Origin: Euglena gracilis
Lineage: Eukaryota
DNA: 64,000 nucleotides
NCBI GenBank assembly: GCA_039621445.1
Contig: CP154954.1
Coordinates: forward strand, 44,805,847-44,869,846
Direction: 5' to 3'
The notes below the pieces were generated by a model that saw only the letters and a list, made by a program, of their open reading frames with translations, had not been told where the DNA came from and did not search any database. Made by a program: the position numbers and the translations under genes. Position 1 is the stretch's first letter. The number at the start of each line of letters is the position of its first letter. Positions 24,553-36,723 of this stretch are shown piece by piece.

Positions 24553-27500
24553 GTGTGTGTGTGTGTGTTGCCTTAATCTGGCTGGTGCTGATACCAAACC
24601 CTTGTATTTTTCCAACTCAAAAATTTCAAAAATTGAAAATATGTACACATCGTGGGACAATTGCTCAAATGTGCAAATCAAACATGCTAAAAAATGGAAG
24701 TGAAGATGTGGGGAAATCGCAATTTTTTCAATTCAATTTTAAGGAATGTTCCAGGTGCTCGGTTTTAGGTTCTTGCTGGAGAAGTTCGCTGACGCCACAA
24801 GCATTGGATCCTCTGGTTTCATTAGCATGGGGTCCCCACAATATCAGAAAACACAATCATTTGCAATTTGCGCCATTCAAGCTGTTTGAAGCCATCATAC
24901 AAGTTCAGGAGGTCAAAAAGCCATTTCAGGTGTTTGGAGCCATTTCGGGTGTTTGAAGCTCCGCACATGGCAAAACCATTCAAATAGATCATAAACAAAT
25001 TCAAACCGCAAAATTATTTTCATTTAGGAAATTTTGGGCCATTTTGAGCCATCAGGCTTGTGCCTACCGACCGGGGGTGAGGGGGGTGGGTACTATAGGG
25101 TGCCTGCCCCTCGCAGGATCACCCCCAGGGGGGGGTCCGGCGGGGACCCAGAAAATTTTCATTGAAAATGGCCTTTTCCGGGCCCAGGCGCGGAAGGCGC
25201 CGGGGTCAGAGGGGGGTGCCTGCTATGGGCAGGCACCCCCAAAACCCCTACCCCCCGAGGGGGGGTCGGATGGGGGGCTATGGGGTGCCCCCCCCCCCCG
25301 TGGGGTAGGCACCCAACTAAACACGAGCCTGTGAGCAACTTTGGGCTACTTTAGTCCATTTTAGGCCTCGTTAGCCATTTGTTCATCAAAGGGGCAGGTT
25401 TGTGGGCTGGGAGGGGGGTGGCTGTGATGGTTGGGGATAATTGATTTGTGGGACGGAATTCTAAGAAGTTAAAAATAATTAAAAAGGTTTAAAAAAACTT
25501 GCCCCTCAACCATCGTCCACCAAATCCACCGTCCATGCACAGAGACGCCGGAAATCATCACCTGATGGCTTCAATTTGTCCACAGTCAAAAAAGTTTGTC
25601 AAACGGAATTTTTCTTATTTGAGGCCATTTTAGGCCCCCCCCATCTGCAGGGGGCCAAAAAGTCATTTCAGGGCATTTTAGGGCATTTTAGGGCACTTTA
25701 ACTACCCCCCCCCCCCTTGTCCAACGACCACTAATGTTCGTCTCTGACGGGGGGGGGGGGGGGGCGGTTGCTAAAATGACCAATGTTCGTCTCCGACCAG
25801 GGGGGGGTCGTTAGACAAGCAGGGTGGACCCCAAGTCGGAGGAAAATTTACCATATGGGTATATGGCCATTTTTGGGCTGTTTTTGGCCATTTATGCTAT
25901 TTCTTGACTACAGTTGTCCACTTTTGGCCATTTTTGGACATTTTTGGGGCGTTTTTGGGAATTTTTAGGCATTTTTGACCGCTTTTCGCCATGTTTGGTG
26001 GCTTTTGGCCACTTTTGGCAACTGTTGGCCACACTTTGGCCCCCTTTGCCCATTTTTGGCCACTTTAGGCTAATTTTGGTTACTTTTGGCCATTTTTTTG
26101 CCCTATTTTTGCTAGGTTTGGAAACTTTTTGGGCACTTTTGGCCATCCTTTGGGCATTTTAGGCCATTTTGGGTTATTTTTGACTGTTTTTAGCCAACTT
26201 TATACAATTTTGGCCGAACCAACATCATATACAAAAAGATCGTTTCTGACCGGGGGGGGTCGTTAGACAAGCCCGGTCGTTGGACAAGGGGGGAGGTTTA
26301 ACTGCTTGCCTGGAGGGCAGGGAGGATTCGGCTTAAGAATTCCATGCACTGAATGGACCCGGATAACAACCTTCCTGGGTGCAATAATACTGGTTCCAGT
26401 TTTTTTCCGATAGTTCAGCCCAGGGTTCGATATAAGGACAGGTGGGGGGGGGTGGTCCGGACCCCCTGCGGGCCAGGAGGGGGGGCGGGGGGGGGGGGGG
26501 GCCCCCCCGCCTAAACTGTGGCGCGGTCTGGGTGACCGAAAATTTTTGACCCCCCAAAACGACCAAAAGTGCCATTTTGGGCACTTTTTGGGCAAAAATG
26601 TGCCAAAAATGCAAAAAAAATTCGGCGCAAAGCGCTGGAGGAAAAAATTGACCCTTTTGGGGGGGGCCGGATACCCCCCCCCAGGGTAGGTCGGGACCCC
26701 CTGTGTGCACTGTGGCTGTTTTTTTTTGGTGTCTTTTATCCCTTCTTCTGGCCTGGCACTGTTGTTCGCCTCTGGCCCTTTTTGTCCGTGTACGTGGAGG
26801 TGTCCGGACCCCCCTGGCAGGTGGGGGGTGGTCCGGACCCCCCCTGCAGGCCAGGAGGGGGGGGTGGGGGGGACACCCCCCCAACCTAAACCATGTACGC
26901 CCTCCTTATATCAAACCCTGGTTCAGCCCCTTCAGTCACCCCTGCCCATTGCAAGTTCAACACTTCCTGTCTAACACCAGAGAAATTCGACAACAAGATG
27001 GCCCCACCATGTGGACACACGTCACGCGCGTGTAAGTGCGCGTGTTTGCGTGCGTGTGGGTATGGGTGTGTGTGGCCCGTTGTGCTGTGCAGTGTGTGAA
27101 CGGTTGTGTGTGTACAGTGAGGTAGATGTGCATTTTGATGCAAGCTCCAGACCCGAGGTGACACAATCGTCTTCACAATTTATCCCAATATACCCACCCT
27201 CCCGAGAAACTGTCACCCCTGACAGGTTGGCCGGAACCAGGGACCCTGCCAACCTCCCATACTAACAGGTTGGTCGGTGCGAAGGAACCTGAGAGTTTCC
27301 CGGGTTGGGCATTTCAAGTGAAAATCAATGAAAATGACCCTGACAGGTTGGCCAGCACCAGGGACCCTGGCAACTCCTCCACTGACAGCTTTACCGGTAA
27401 CAGTAACAGGACCCTGACAGTTTCTCGGCCGGACCCTGACAGGTTCTGGGGCATGACAGTTTCCTGGGGGGGGGGGGTGGAATGAATGACCCATCAAAAA

Positions 27501-30500
27501 ATCTCTGGGGCAAGCAAGCCCCAGGAACACCCCAACAAAGCAAGGGAGGTTGGGAGAGGGGGCAACGGCGAAGTGTGCCGGGCGGTGCCTCCGCCAAAGA
27601 CACAAAGTAGGGGGGCTCAATGCCCCCCACCCCCCAGCCGCCCCACCCGCACCCTGAAGGGGAACCGCAGTCTCCCCAAGGGCAGGCGAGAAGATGGCCA
27701 GGCAGGGGGGGGGGGGTCGCCGTTGCTGGATGCCACCGGCACGGATGTCACCGCAAACAACGCCAACCACAATGACCCGACCCCTCTTGGGACCCAACCA
27801 ATGACAGAAATTGGAGTGGAAGGGGAGACTGGCGGTGGATGGAACAGGCGCAATGAAAGACTCTTCAGAGACACGGGTGCAAAAGCAATAGCTTCTTGAT
27901 GCAAAACAGAAGCCTCTTTGTTGCACCCCCCAACCTCTGTCCTCTGACTGGGGGGTGGTCGTTGGACATAGGGTAGTGACCAAAAAGGTGTCCTCTGACC
28001 GGGGCGGTGGTCGTTGGACATGGGGTCAAAAGAAAGTTGGTGGGTACCCGGGTCCCTACCCACCCAAAAATGCCCAAATTTTCCCTTCCGGCGCTTCGCG
28101 CCGAAAATTTTGGGCAATTCTGACAATTTTTTGTCCAAAAAGTGTCAAAAATGGCATTTTGGCCAAATTTTTAGCCAATTTTTGAGCAAATTTTTTCGTC
28201 CCGGCGCTTCACGCCGGGACCAAAAATTTGGTCAAACCTCCGAAAAGGTGTCCTCTGACTGGGGGGGGTGGTCATTGGACATAGGGGGGTCGTTGGACAT
28301 AGGGGGGGGGGTAAGATATCCAACCCCGTTCCCCCGCTGTCTGCTAATCTCCGGACACCCCCCCTCCCCGTCCAAATGACCTACCCCCCCCCCCCCCCCC
28401 CTAGGCGTATGACCGGGTTCCTGCAACCTGTGACCGGGGGGGGGGTGGTCATAACACCCCCATAACCTGCAACCTGTGACCGGGGGGTGGTCATAGATGA
28501 GGGGGTGGTCGTAGAAGCGTGTGAAAAGTGTCCCAAAATGGCATTTTTTACCCCCCCAAAATGTCCCATTTTTCAAAAATCCGGCGCTTCGCGCCGGCAG
28601 GGGGAACCTTATTTTGGGGGGTCCATTTCATGGATTTTTGCACGGACCGGCCAGGGGGGGGGACTTATTTTGGGGGGTTAAATTTTTTTCGCAACCTGCA
28701 ACCTGTGACCGGGGGGGGGTGGTCATAACACCCCCATGACCTGCAACCTGTGACCGGGGGGTGGTCATAGATGAGGGGTGGTCGTACGACTAGGGGGGGG
28801 GGTAATATTTGTCTCTGACCGCGGGGAGGTGGTCGCAAAAGCAGCCAATGTTCGTCCTAAGTTATCAAACAACCGACCAAGGTGGGGGTCACCGTCATTT
28901 ACAACTCATTTTGGTCCCTTTTGCCTGAATTCCATTTTGGACAAATTTGACCACTTTTTTTTTGTCATTTTCTAGCCCTCTGTCACAACCTTACCCCCCC
29001 CCTTTAAGCCATTTATGGCAATTTCCGCCACTTTCATGCAACCACTTTTGGGGCTATTGGTCTTTTTCTTGGCCATTTTTATCCTTTTTCAGCTTCTTTA
29101 TTGTGGCTTGGACATATTCACTTTCGGCTATATTTGCACCATGTCTTTGCAAAAAAAAATCAATTCACACAATTCTTCTCAAGTTATGGAGCCAAAAGGT
29201 TTAGAAAATCATGGTTCCAAAAAATCAAATTTAATGGCAGGAAAAATGACGGCAATTTGGACACAAGAAAAAGTGTGAATTTTTTGAACCAATTCTTCTA
29301 GAAACACACATAAAAAAACAATCACTGCAGAAAAAATGTAATACAGTGGAGAAAAAAAAAGCGAAAAGGCTCTGCATTGGAGAGGAAGAAAATCAGAAGG
29401 TTTTGAGATAAGAAGAATCAGCTTAGATATTCCTCTGGAATGAGATGGCACCCAGCAATGGGGATACATAACACTGCGAGGTGCTGGTGAGAGGTGCACC
29501 TCACCGGTTCACTGCAATGGCAAAGCGAAATAGGCGGGGGCAGCTTCAGTTCCATCGCATTTCGGCCCGGTAGGACAACCCACGCATAAGAACCTGTCAT
29601 CCCTTCAAACAGTTGCAGGCTTCGAGTCACCGTGCAAAAATCCTGACCGCTGCCTGGATGGCTAGCCTTAGGCCTTAAACCCCCCCCCTTACTTATAACC
29701 CCCCGGGGGTTATAGGATCCTGTTTAGTGGTTGGCCCCGAGGGGGGGGGTTATAAGTGGGGGGGTTACAGCGTTACAGCCTTGGCGGTTCCCTTTGCCTT
29801 CTCATGGCTTCCAGGGGGGGGGGGGTTATAAGTCACGGTTTAGTGGTTGGGCCCGAGGGGGGGGGGGTTATAAATAGGGGGGGTTATAGGATGGGGGGGG
29901 GGGTTATAAGTGGGGGGTCGGGTTTACACATTGCCAATCCTTGTCGGCCAGTTCTTTGGGTTTGCTGTGCAACCCACAGGTTTAGATGGAACGATGAACG
30001 AACGATGCTGGGCAGCCATTGTATCTAACGAACGATGCTGGGCAGCTGTTGTATAGAAAAAACCTCACCCTTATTTTTATAGCAAACCCAGTCCAAAGCA
30101 ATAGAATAAACACATCCAAAAAGCATGCGGGGGGGGGGGGTGGCCCTGGGGTGGTCGCTGGGAACATCTGGAGGGGTCGGCAGGAAGGAACACATTTCAT
30201 TGCAATAAATAAAATGCAGAGAGATGCAGCTGAGAATTGTGGTATTTGAAGTGGGTCATGATAAATTGAGTGGCACAGAGGTTTGCTGTTGGATGATTCT
30301 GAGAAAATAATGGGGGGGGGGGGCGGAAAAGAAAACATATTCTGCCTGGCCATAAATGGCTGCTGATTGGTCAGAAGCAGAGGCTAAACGTGGCAAATTG
30401 CCATATGTTTGTGTGTATGTGTGAGCGAGTGTACATGGTGTGTGTGTGTGCGCGCGCGCGTGTGTGTGTTGCGTGTCTGCACGGGGGTCTTGGGCTGAAA

Positions 30501-30800
30501 CCACCCCAGTGGCTATGTATGCAAGGCGAGTAACAGGTTGAAGGATTGGGAGGCGTAGGGATGATCCAACCACCACCCAATGACCCCCCACCCCACCGCA
30601 GACAAGACGACACAAGGGAGGGGGTGATGGAGCACTCACTGTGACAGACAGGGAGTTTCTGAAGGACCCTCAGGGTTGGGGCCATGCTTTGATAAACTCC
30701 CGGGTCGGACATCACCCAAGCCCATGCCATCCCGGGTGGAGCTTCCCTGGCAGGGCGAGAGGTTGCTGCAAGCCGTCCGCCGGCAGGGCCAGCGCTGAAG
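24130..30800 (-). CDS. Possible fragmented multi-exon gene of unknown function (candidate exons ~30800-30660, ~29630-29450, ~27880-27720, ~26990-26924, ~26415-26340, ~24280-24130)
   Basis: Unique, non-repeat islands between MITE blocks that are open on the minus strand. No recognisable motif and frames not resolved. Confidence 0.25.
25053..25331. mobile_element. hAT-like MITE
   Basis: TIR caggcttgtg / cacgagcctg; flanks tgagccat / tgagcaac (6/8). Confidence 0.75.
26421..26920. mobile_element. hAT-like MITE, 500 bp
   Basis: TIR cagggttcgatataagg / ccttatatcaaaccctg; perfect 8-bp TSD gttcagcc (26413-26420, 26921-26928). Confidence 0.9.
28380..28804. mobile_element. MITE with cctgcaacctgtgaccggggg repeats, within a cluster of 'gtcgttggaca' repeats (~25710-26300, ~27940-28315, ~32480-32760)
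   Basis: Inverted ends tac(C)nctag.cgtatgacc / ggtcgtacgactag(G)nta; internal direct repeats. Confidence 0.65.
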
Positions 30801-30819
30801 GTAGGAGGCGGCCTGCACG

Positions 30820-31015
30820 GTGTGTGTGTGTGTGTGTGTGTTGTGTTGTGTTGTGTGTGTGTGTGTGTGTGTTGTGTTGTGTGTGTGTGTGTGTGTGTGT
30901 GTTGTGTTGTGTGTGTGTGTGTTGTGTTGTGTGTGTGTGTGTGTGTGTTGTGTTGTGTTGTGTGTGTGTGTGTGTATGTGTTGTGTTGTGTGTGTGTGTG
31001 TGTGTGTGTGTGTGT
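30820..31015. repeat. (TG)n/(TGTTG)n microsatellite
   Basis: Read directly. Confidence 0.95.
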
Positions 31016-31193
31016 CTGAGAAAAAACTGTGATCCCAGAAGGGATGCCACCGGCGAACTAGTCGCCAGTTGTAAAGAGAGTGCCGGGTGCAGGGGGAGCA
31101 CATACGTGCGCCGTGCATATGTATGCGGCAGGGGGAGATGAGGGAGTGCCGTGTGGTGCTCCGCGTGTGGCGCTGCCGGGGCCGCGGGACTGG

Positions 31194-34100
31194 CTACTGG
31201 AGGACGCAGCACTGCTGCCCGCCGCCGCGGTACTGGCTCATCAGCTCGTGTTGGGACCGGCGCAGCTCTTTCTGAAGCCGGCCGACTTCTGCAGCAGAGC
31301 CGCCCACACGCACCAAGACCTCAAAATGTACAGTGGCCGGTTCGGCGTGATTGGCGTTACCTGGGGAAGGATTGCACTGTGCACAGAATGAAACAACAGA
31401 AATACTTAACAGAAATTTTTTTTTGACAAGACGGTCCGGATCGGGAAGGAGCTTAAGCAAAGCGCAAAGGATTACCTCCCCCCCGTCCTTGACATGCCAA
31501 AGCATGGGGAAGTGCGGTTGGCACAGGTGTGTCATTAACAAGCCGTTTCATATGCACTGCATCATTGACAAAAATATGGCCCTTTTCAAAAATCAAAATT
31601 CGACCCTGAGTGCGCATCAACTCAACTGTGAATGGAACAATAACAAATACACCTTCCATCGTCCCTCTTTTAGGGAGGTTACACCAAGGAGATTGTTCCC
31701 TGGGCCACAGCTGAGCTTTCAAGCTGGAAAGTGCGGTACCTCCAAATTGTCATGTCAAAATCATTGTGTTTTCCAGTAATTCATCGGACTTTTCAGCAAT
31801 TTTCGCAAATCTTGCATGTACAGCATACTAAGTATACAAAAAAGCAAACAATGAACCTGCTTTTTTTTTTAGAGGCCCTAATGCTTCGCATTCTTTGCAA
31901 TGCAATTCCCCAATTTTTTCACCTGGAACTCTCCCAGGTCATATTTCCGAAGGGACAGTATAAGCCTTGCAGACAATCAATGTACCCTGGAAATGTCTTC
32001 CAGCAAAAGTGGCACAGTTGCAATTTCCTCCCCCCCCCTCTCTCTCTGGCTTCGACTTTTGCAGAGCTCCATGAAAGGTGAGGTGAACCAGAACGAGGCC
32101 TAACCAAACCCCCAGCCGGCCATTGCCTCGCGGAGGAGCCCACGTCTGGGGGGCCCTGGTTGGGGTGCTTCGCGCCGAAGTGCTTCCGGAGCACCTCCGT
32201 CGCCCGCTCATACATGTCCACCGCGTTCCGCTGGTCCCCCACCGAGGTGTAGATCGCCGCCATCTGCTCATACAGCCGTGCCACGTCCGGCCGCTGCCCC
32301 TCCCGGGCAGGCCCACCCCCACACCCCCGGGCTGGGGGGGGGGGTTGGGGGAAGCCCCCCCCCCCCAGCTTTGCCTCGACAGGTGTAGGTCTGTACTTTC
32401 CTGTTTTGAGAGTGCGCAGAATTGTGGGGTTTTATTGACATTCTTGCCTCTGGGGAGGGGCCCACAGAAACCCCCCCGTGCATCCAACGACCGGCGACCT
32501 CTGTCGTACGAGGGGGGGGGTTGATGGACAAGGGGTCAAAAAAGGCCAAGTTCTCCTAATTTTAGGAAATTTTGACAAATTTTTGCTCAAAAAGTGCCAA
32601 AGATGGCATTTTGGCCAATTTTTGGCCGATTTTTAGTGCAAAATTCTTCGGCCCGCGCTTTGCGCTGGGACCAAAAATTTGGCCAAACCTAAAAGGTGTC
32701 CTCCAACTGGGGGGGGGGGTGGTTGTTGGACACAGGGGGGGGGTAGCAACACTGGGAGGAGCCTAAAACTGCCCACCAACACCAACACCATGACCTCCCC
32801 CCCCCCGCACCACCCCCGAAGCCCTCGGGAATGAGCCGTCCACCAGAAGGGGGATGCCTGGGGGCGGGTCAGCACCTGCACCGCCTTCCCGAACATCTCC
32901 AGCGCTTGCTCCGACTCCCCTTGCGAGTGCAGCAGCGGAGACGCAGCGGTGCTCCCTGGGCCATGCTGGGGTCCCTTCAGGCCCCTGGGTCCCTCCAGCC
33001 CATGGACCATGACTGGCCCCGGGAAGTTCCAGGTTGGACCACGGAGAACCCCCAAGATGGTTCCAGCGGCCCAAACCCAGGGAGTTGCATCCACAGGGAC
33101 ACACACCCCAGCCCCCCCCCGCCAAAAAGCCAAAAAAAAAACCCCCCCCGGCGCCAGGAACCCCCACGCCCCAAAAAACCGGCTCGGCCCCCACCCCCCC
33201 CACCCCCCCCGCAGCCTCCCCCTACCAATGGTCCCAACCACAGAGTTCTAGGTTACAATTTTTGGGCTGGCACCCATCGCACGAGGGGTTGGGGCATTGT
33301 GAGCAGTTACCTTTGGTTGGTGAGCAATTCTCTTTGGTTGCCATTGGCAAAAACTTGGTCTGCCAGGGCCCTGACATTTTCTCAGCCAGGGCATTCCGAG
33401 GGAAAGTCAATGAGAAATGACCCTGACAGGTACCCAGGACTCTGACAACGTATTACCATGACAGGTTAGCAGGTATCAGTATCAGTTTCCCGGGCAGGAC
33501 CCTGACAGTTCTCGGGCATGGCAGGTTGTTGTGCAAATCCTTTCACACGCAACTGTTGGCAGGTCCCCACCCTGAACCCCGAACACCCACCCCCAACCCC
33601 ACACTCCCCACTACCTTTCGGTGGCTGGGGGGGGGTTAAAACGAGCTCGAACGTTCGACCACCAGCCTCTGTAACGGTCACACACAAACACACATACCCA
33701 CACACACACCCATTCCCCCCCACCCACCTACCCACCCAACCACACCCATCCACCCACCCACCCACACAAGGAGGTGGGGGAGGTACCTGCCCCCCCCCCC
33801 CCCGGAACCTGTCACGATGGGGTTGTCAGGGTTCCCGTTACCAGCCGACCTGTCAGGTGACAGTTTCCCGGGGGTAGGCAGTTTGTATCTGCCTCCCTTT
33901 CCCATCTTCCCGGTGGTGTAAAGCAATTTTTCCAATTTAATTTACTTTATTATATATTTATTTTTTTGAAATTCATTTGGGCCTAATGGACAAGCTGGGA
34001 CCTTGGGGGCATGTGAAGAGCACCGCCGCGGCCGTCCCCAGCTGCTCGTAGGAGAGGGCGACGTCGTCGTGCTGCTCGCCGAGGGCGCGGACCTTGATGT

Positions 34101-36686
34101 CGAGGGCCTTGCTGCACAGCTCGAGGGCGGTGGCCAGCTCCCCCTGGCGGGAGTACGCCTCCGCCATCTTGGAGTGCGTCGGGCGAGGGGCGGGCTGGAG
34201 GGCCACCGGGGGGGGGGGCTGGTCGGGGTGCGATGCGTAGCTGGGGCTGAGAACGCCCGGGTGGACAGAACACGGTTTTATATGTGAGCCCCCCCCCCTG
34301 GGAATCTGTCACTGGACTAATCAGCGAGTATTAGTGGGTGACAGGTCAGCAAGTACAAGACTGGAGGACAGTTTTCCTGGGGGGTCATCCTGGATCTAAC
34401 AGACTAGATCAGAGGGGAAAAAAACTGGCACAAATTGGGGAGCGGGGGGGGGGGTCAAAATTGACATTTTTGAACCCCCAGCCAAAACGCAAAAATCCAA
34501 AAAGCCGAAAATGCAGGTTTTTCACACATTCGAGGTCAGAAGCCGGATAAAAATGTAAGCACTGAGATATTGAACCCCCTTGCCAGCCTGGGGGGAGGTA
34601 CATTATGAGGGAAAACATTATGGGGGGGGTCGTTTGAGGGGCATTTCCACTTGTCACAGCACTATCCACTTTTTATGGCGGCCCAGAATCTGTCTGCCAA
34701 GTTTTTCCCTGATCCGAGGAAAATCTTCTGGCCGCCTTTGGCTGTTTGGCAGGTGGCTTTTGGCCCAAAATATTCGGAAGTGGGGGTACATAATGGGGGG
34801 ATCCAACATGAGGGGGAAGCATGGCATTTTGTTTTAACTCGGGAAATGTGCTTCTTTCAACAAAAATTGTGGCAAATTTCATAGGTGACAGGTCAGGGGG
34901 CACAAGGTGGACAGGTCAGTGGGTACAGAGGGTAGGGGACAGTTTCCTGGGTAGGAGAGTTTCTGGGGGGGACCAGGGATTTATTCACTTTTGAAAGACC
35001 AGGGGGTGGGGGTCCCTCAACCCATCCAGGGGGTATGGGGTCTGGGGACTTCTTTCACTTCTATGGGGGTCAATTTTGGGGTCAAATTCTTTTTCGGCGC
35101 TTCGCACGAAAAAAGCCAAAATGGCCAAAACCCAAAACCCTGGCTCCAGCGGGGGTCCCACAAAGCCGTTGAGGGTGGTGACCTCTCCCTTCCCCTGGGG
35201 GAGGGGTGTTCGGCAAACCCACCCACCCTCCCTTCCCCCGGGCGTCCAACCTTTGAGAAATCCTTGGTAAGACATGATACCTGATGCACACACATGTTTG
35301 CATACACATGTGTGTGTAACTGCACATATCAGATCATCATGTTGTGCTGTGAACCTTGCTCGGGTCTGTTTTCGATTGGGCTTGTACAGTGTGCAGTGCG
35401 TTGCACTTACAAAGTGTTACTGTACAACGGTGACGCATCAATGGAAGCTGATTGCGTGCACTGATCATCGTTGGGCGCTTGTCGAGCCGCACCCCTGTCT
35501 GTGAGACTACGAGAGCCTCTGTACCCCACTCCTCCTCTTGGGCTGCCAACACCTTCTGATACATCCCAAGTGCATCGCATACAGTGGCGAACCTGGTTTT
35601 GAAATGCATCCGAACCCGCAAGCTGCCTGCCTGGCAGTCCTGGGATGGAGGGCATTTTGGTCATGCTTCATGCTTTTCTTGCTTTTCAGGGTATGTGAGG
35701 GCAAAGAAAGAATTCAGTCCACACAGGGGCCAAAACCATGGAACTTCTGTCCAGAGTCATCAGCAAACACAAGCATAATCTCTTGGAAAATGCATCCAGA
35801 GCAGCACATGCTTCGCATACAAGGGTCGTCAATGTAACGTCTGGTGATCACCAGGTGGGGTTGCCACCGCTGTTTTGGCCAGAGACTGCGGGATATTGCT
35901 CCCCCCCCCAAAGCGACTGCTGGCGCGGCTGGCGCCGCACATTTCTGGCTCACCCTGGCCGGTGTTGTTCCCCATGGCGCTGTACACCTCCGCCATCCGC
36001 AGGTGCCCCCGCCCTGCCGTGCAGCGGTTTGGTGGGCTTCGACAAATCATTGGTCGGAGGGGGGCGCTTCTTCCAAGTGAGTCCTTTCGGCCCCGGAACG
36101 TCGCCCTTGCCCAACCCAAACGCCCGAGCAAGCAAGGCCATCGTCACCGGCACGGCAATTCCGCTCGTCAGGGCCCGGGGCACGGCGGGGCGGCCAGACC
36201 GGGCCCGGCGGGGCGGACTGGATCTGGAGGACCCGCTCGTACGCCTCCAGCGCCTCCGCGTGACGGCCCTCCGCCTGGAACAGCTGCGCCATCACGAACG
36301 AGATGGCGCCAATGACCTGGTCCTTGCCCAAGAGGCCGCCGCCCAACGGCGAAGGCACGATCCCCGGCGTCTCGTTCCACTCTGTTTGGCAACCCCTCTG
36401 CTATGCAGGCCGGTGTTGCTCCAACAACAGTCAACTGGATGGGCGGTGGCCTCGCCGGGCCCCAGCACCGCCTCCTTCACGGCCCGGGACTTGGTGTACA
36501 GCTCCAGGGCGCGGGTGCGGTCGCCCTGCTTCTGGTACAGCGTCGCCATCTTGTGGCACATGCGGCCCATTTCCAGCTCCATCGGGCCCCACACTGTCGC
36601 CTTCAGCAGCAGGGCTCGCTCGTACATTGCCAGCGCCTCAGCCCACTGCCACTGGCCGGACGGGGCTACACCCAAATATTGCGCAC

Positions 36687-36723
<37 letters not shown>

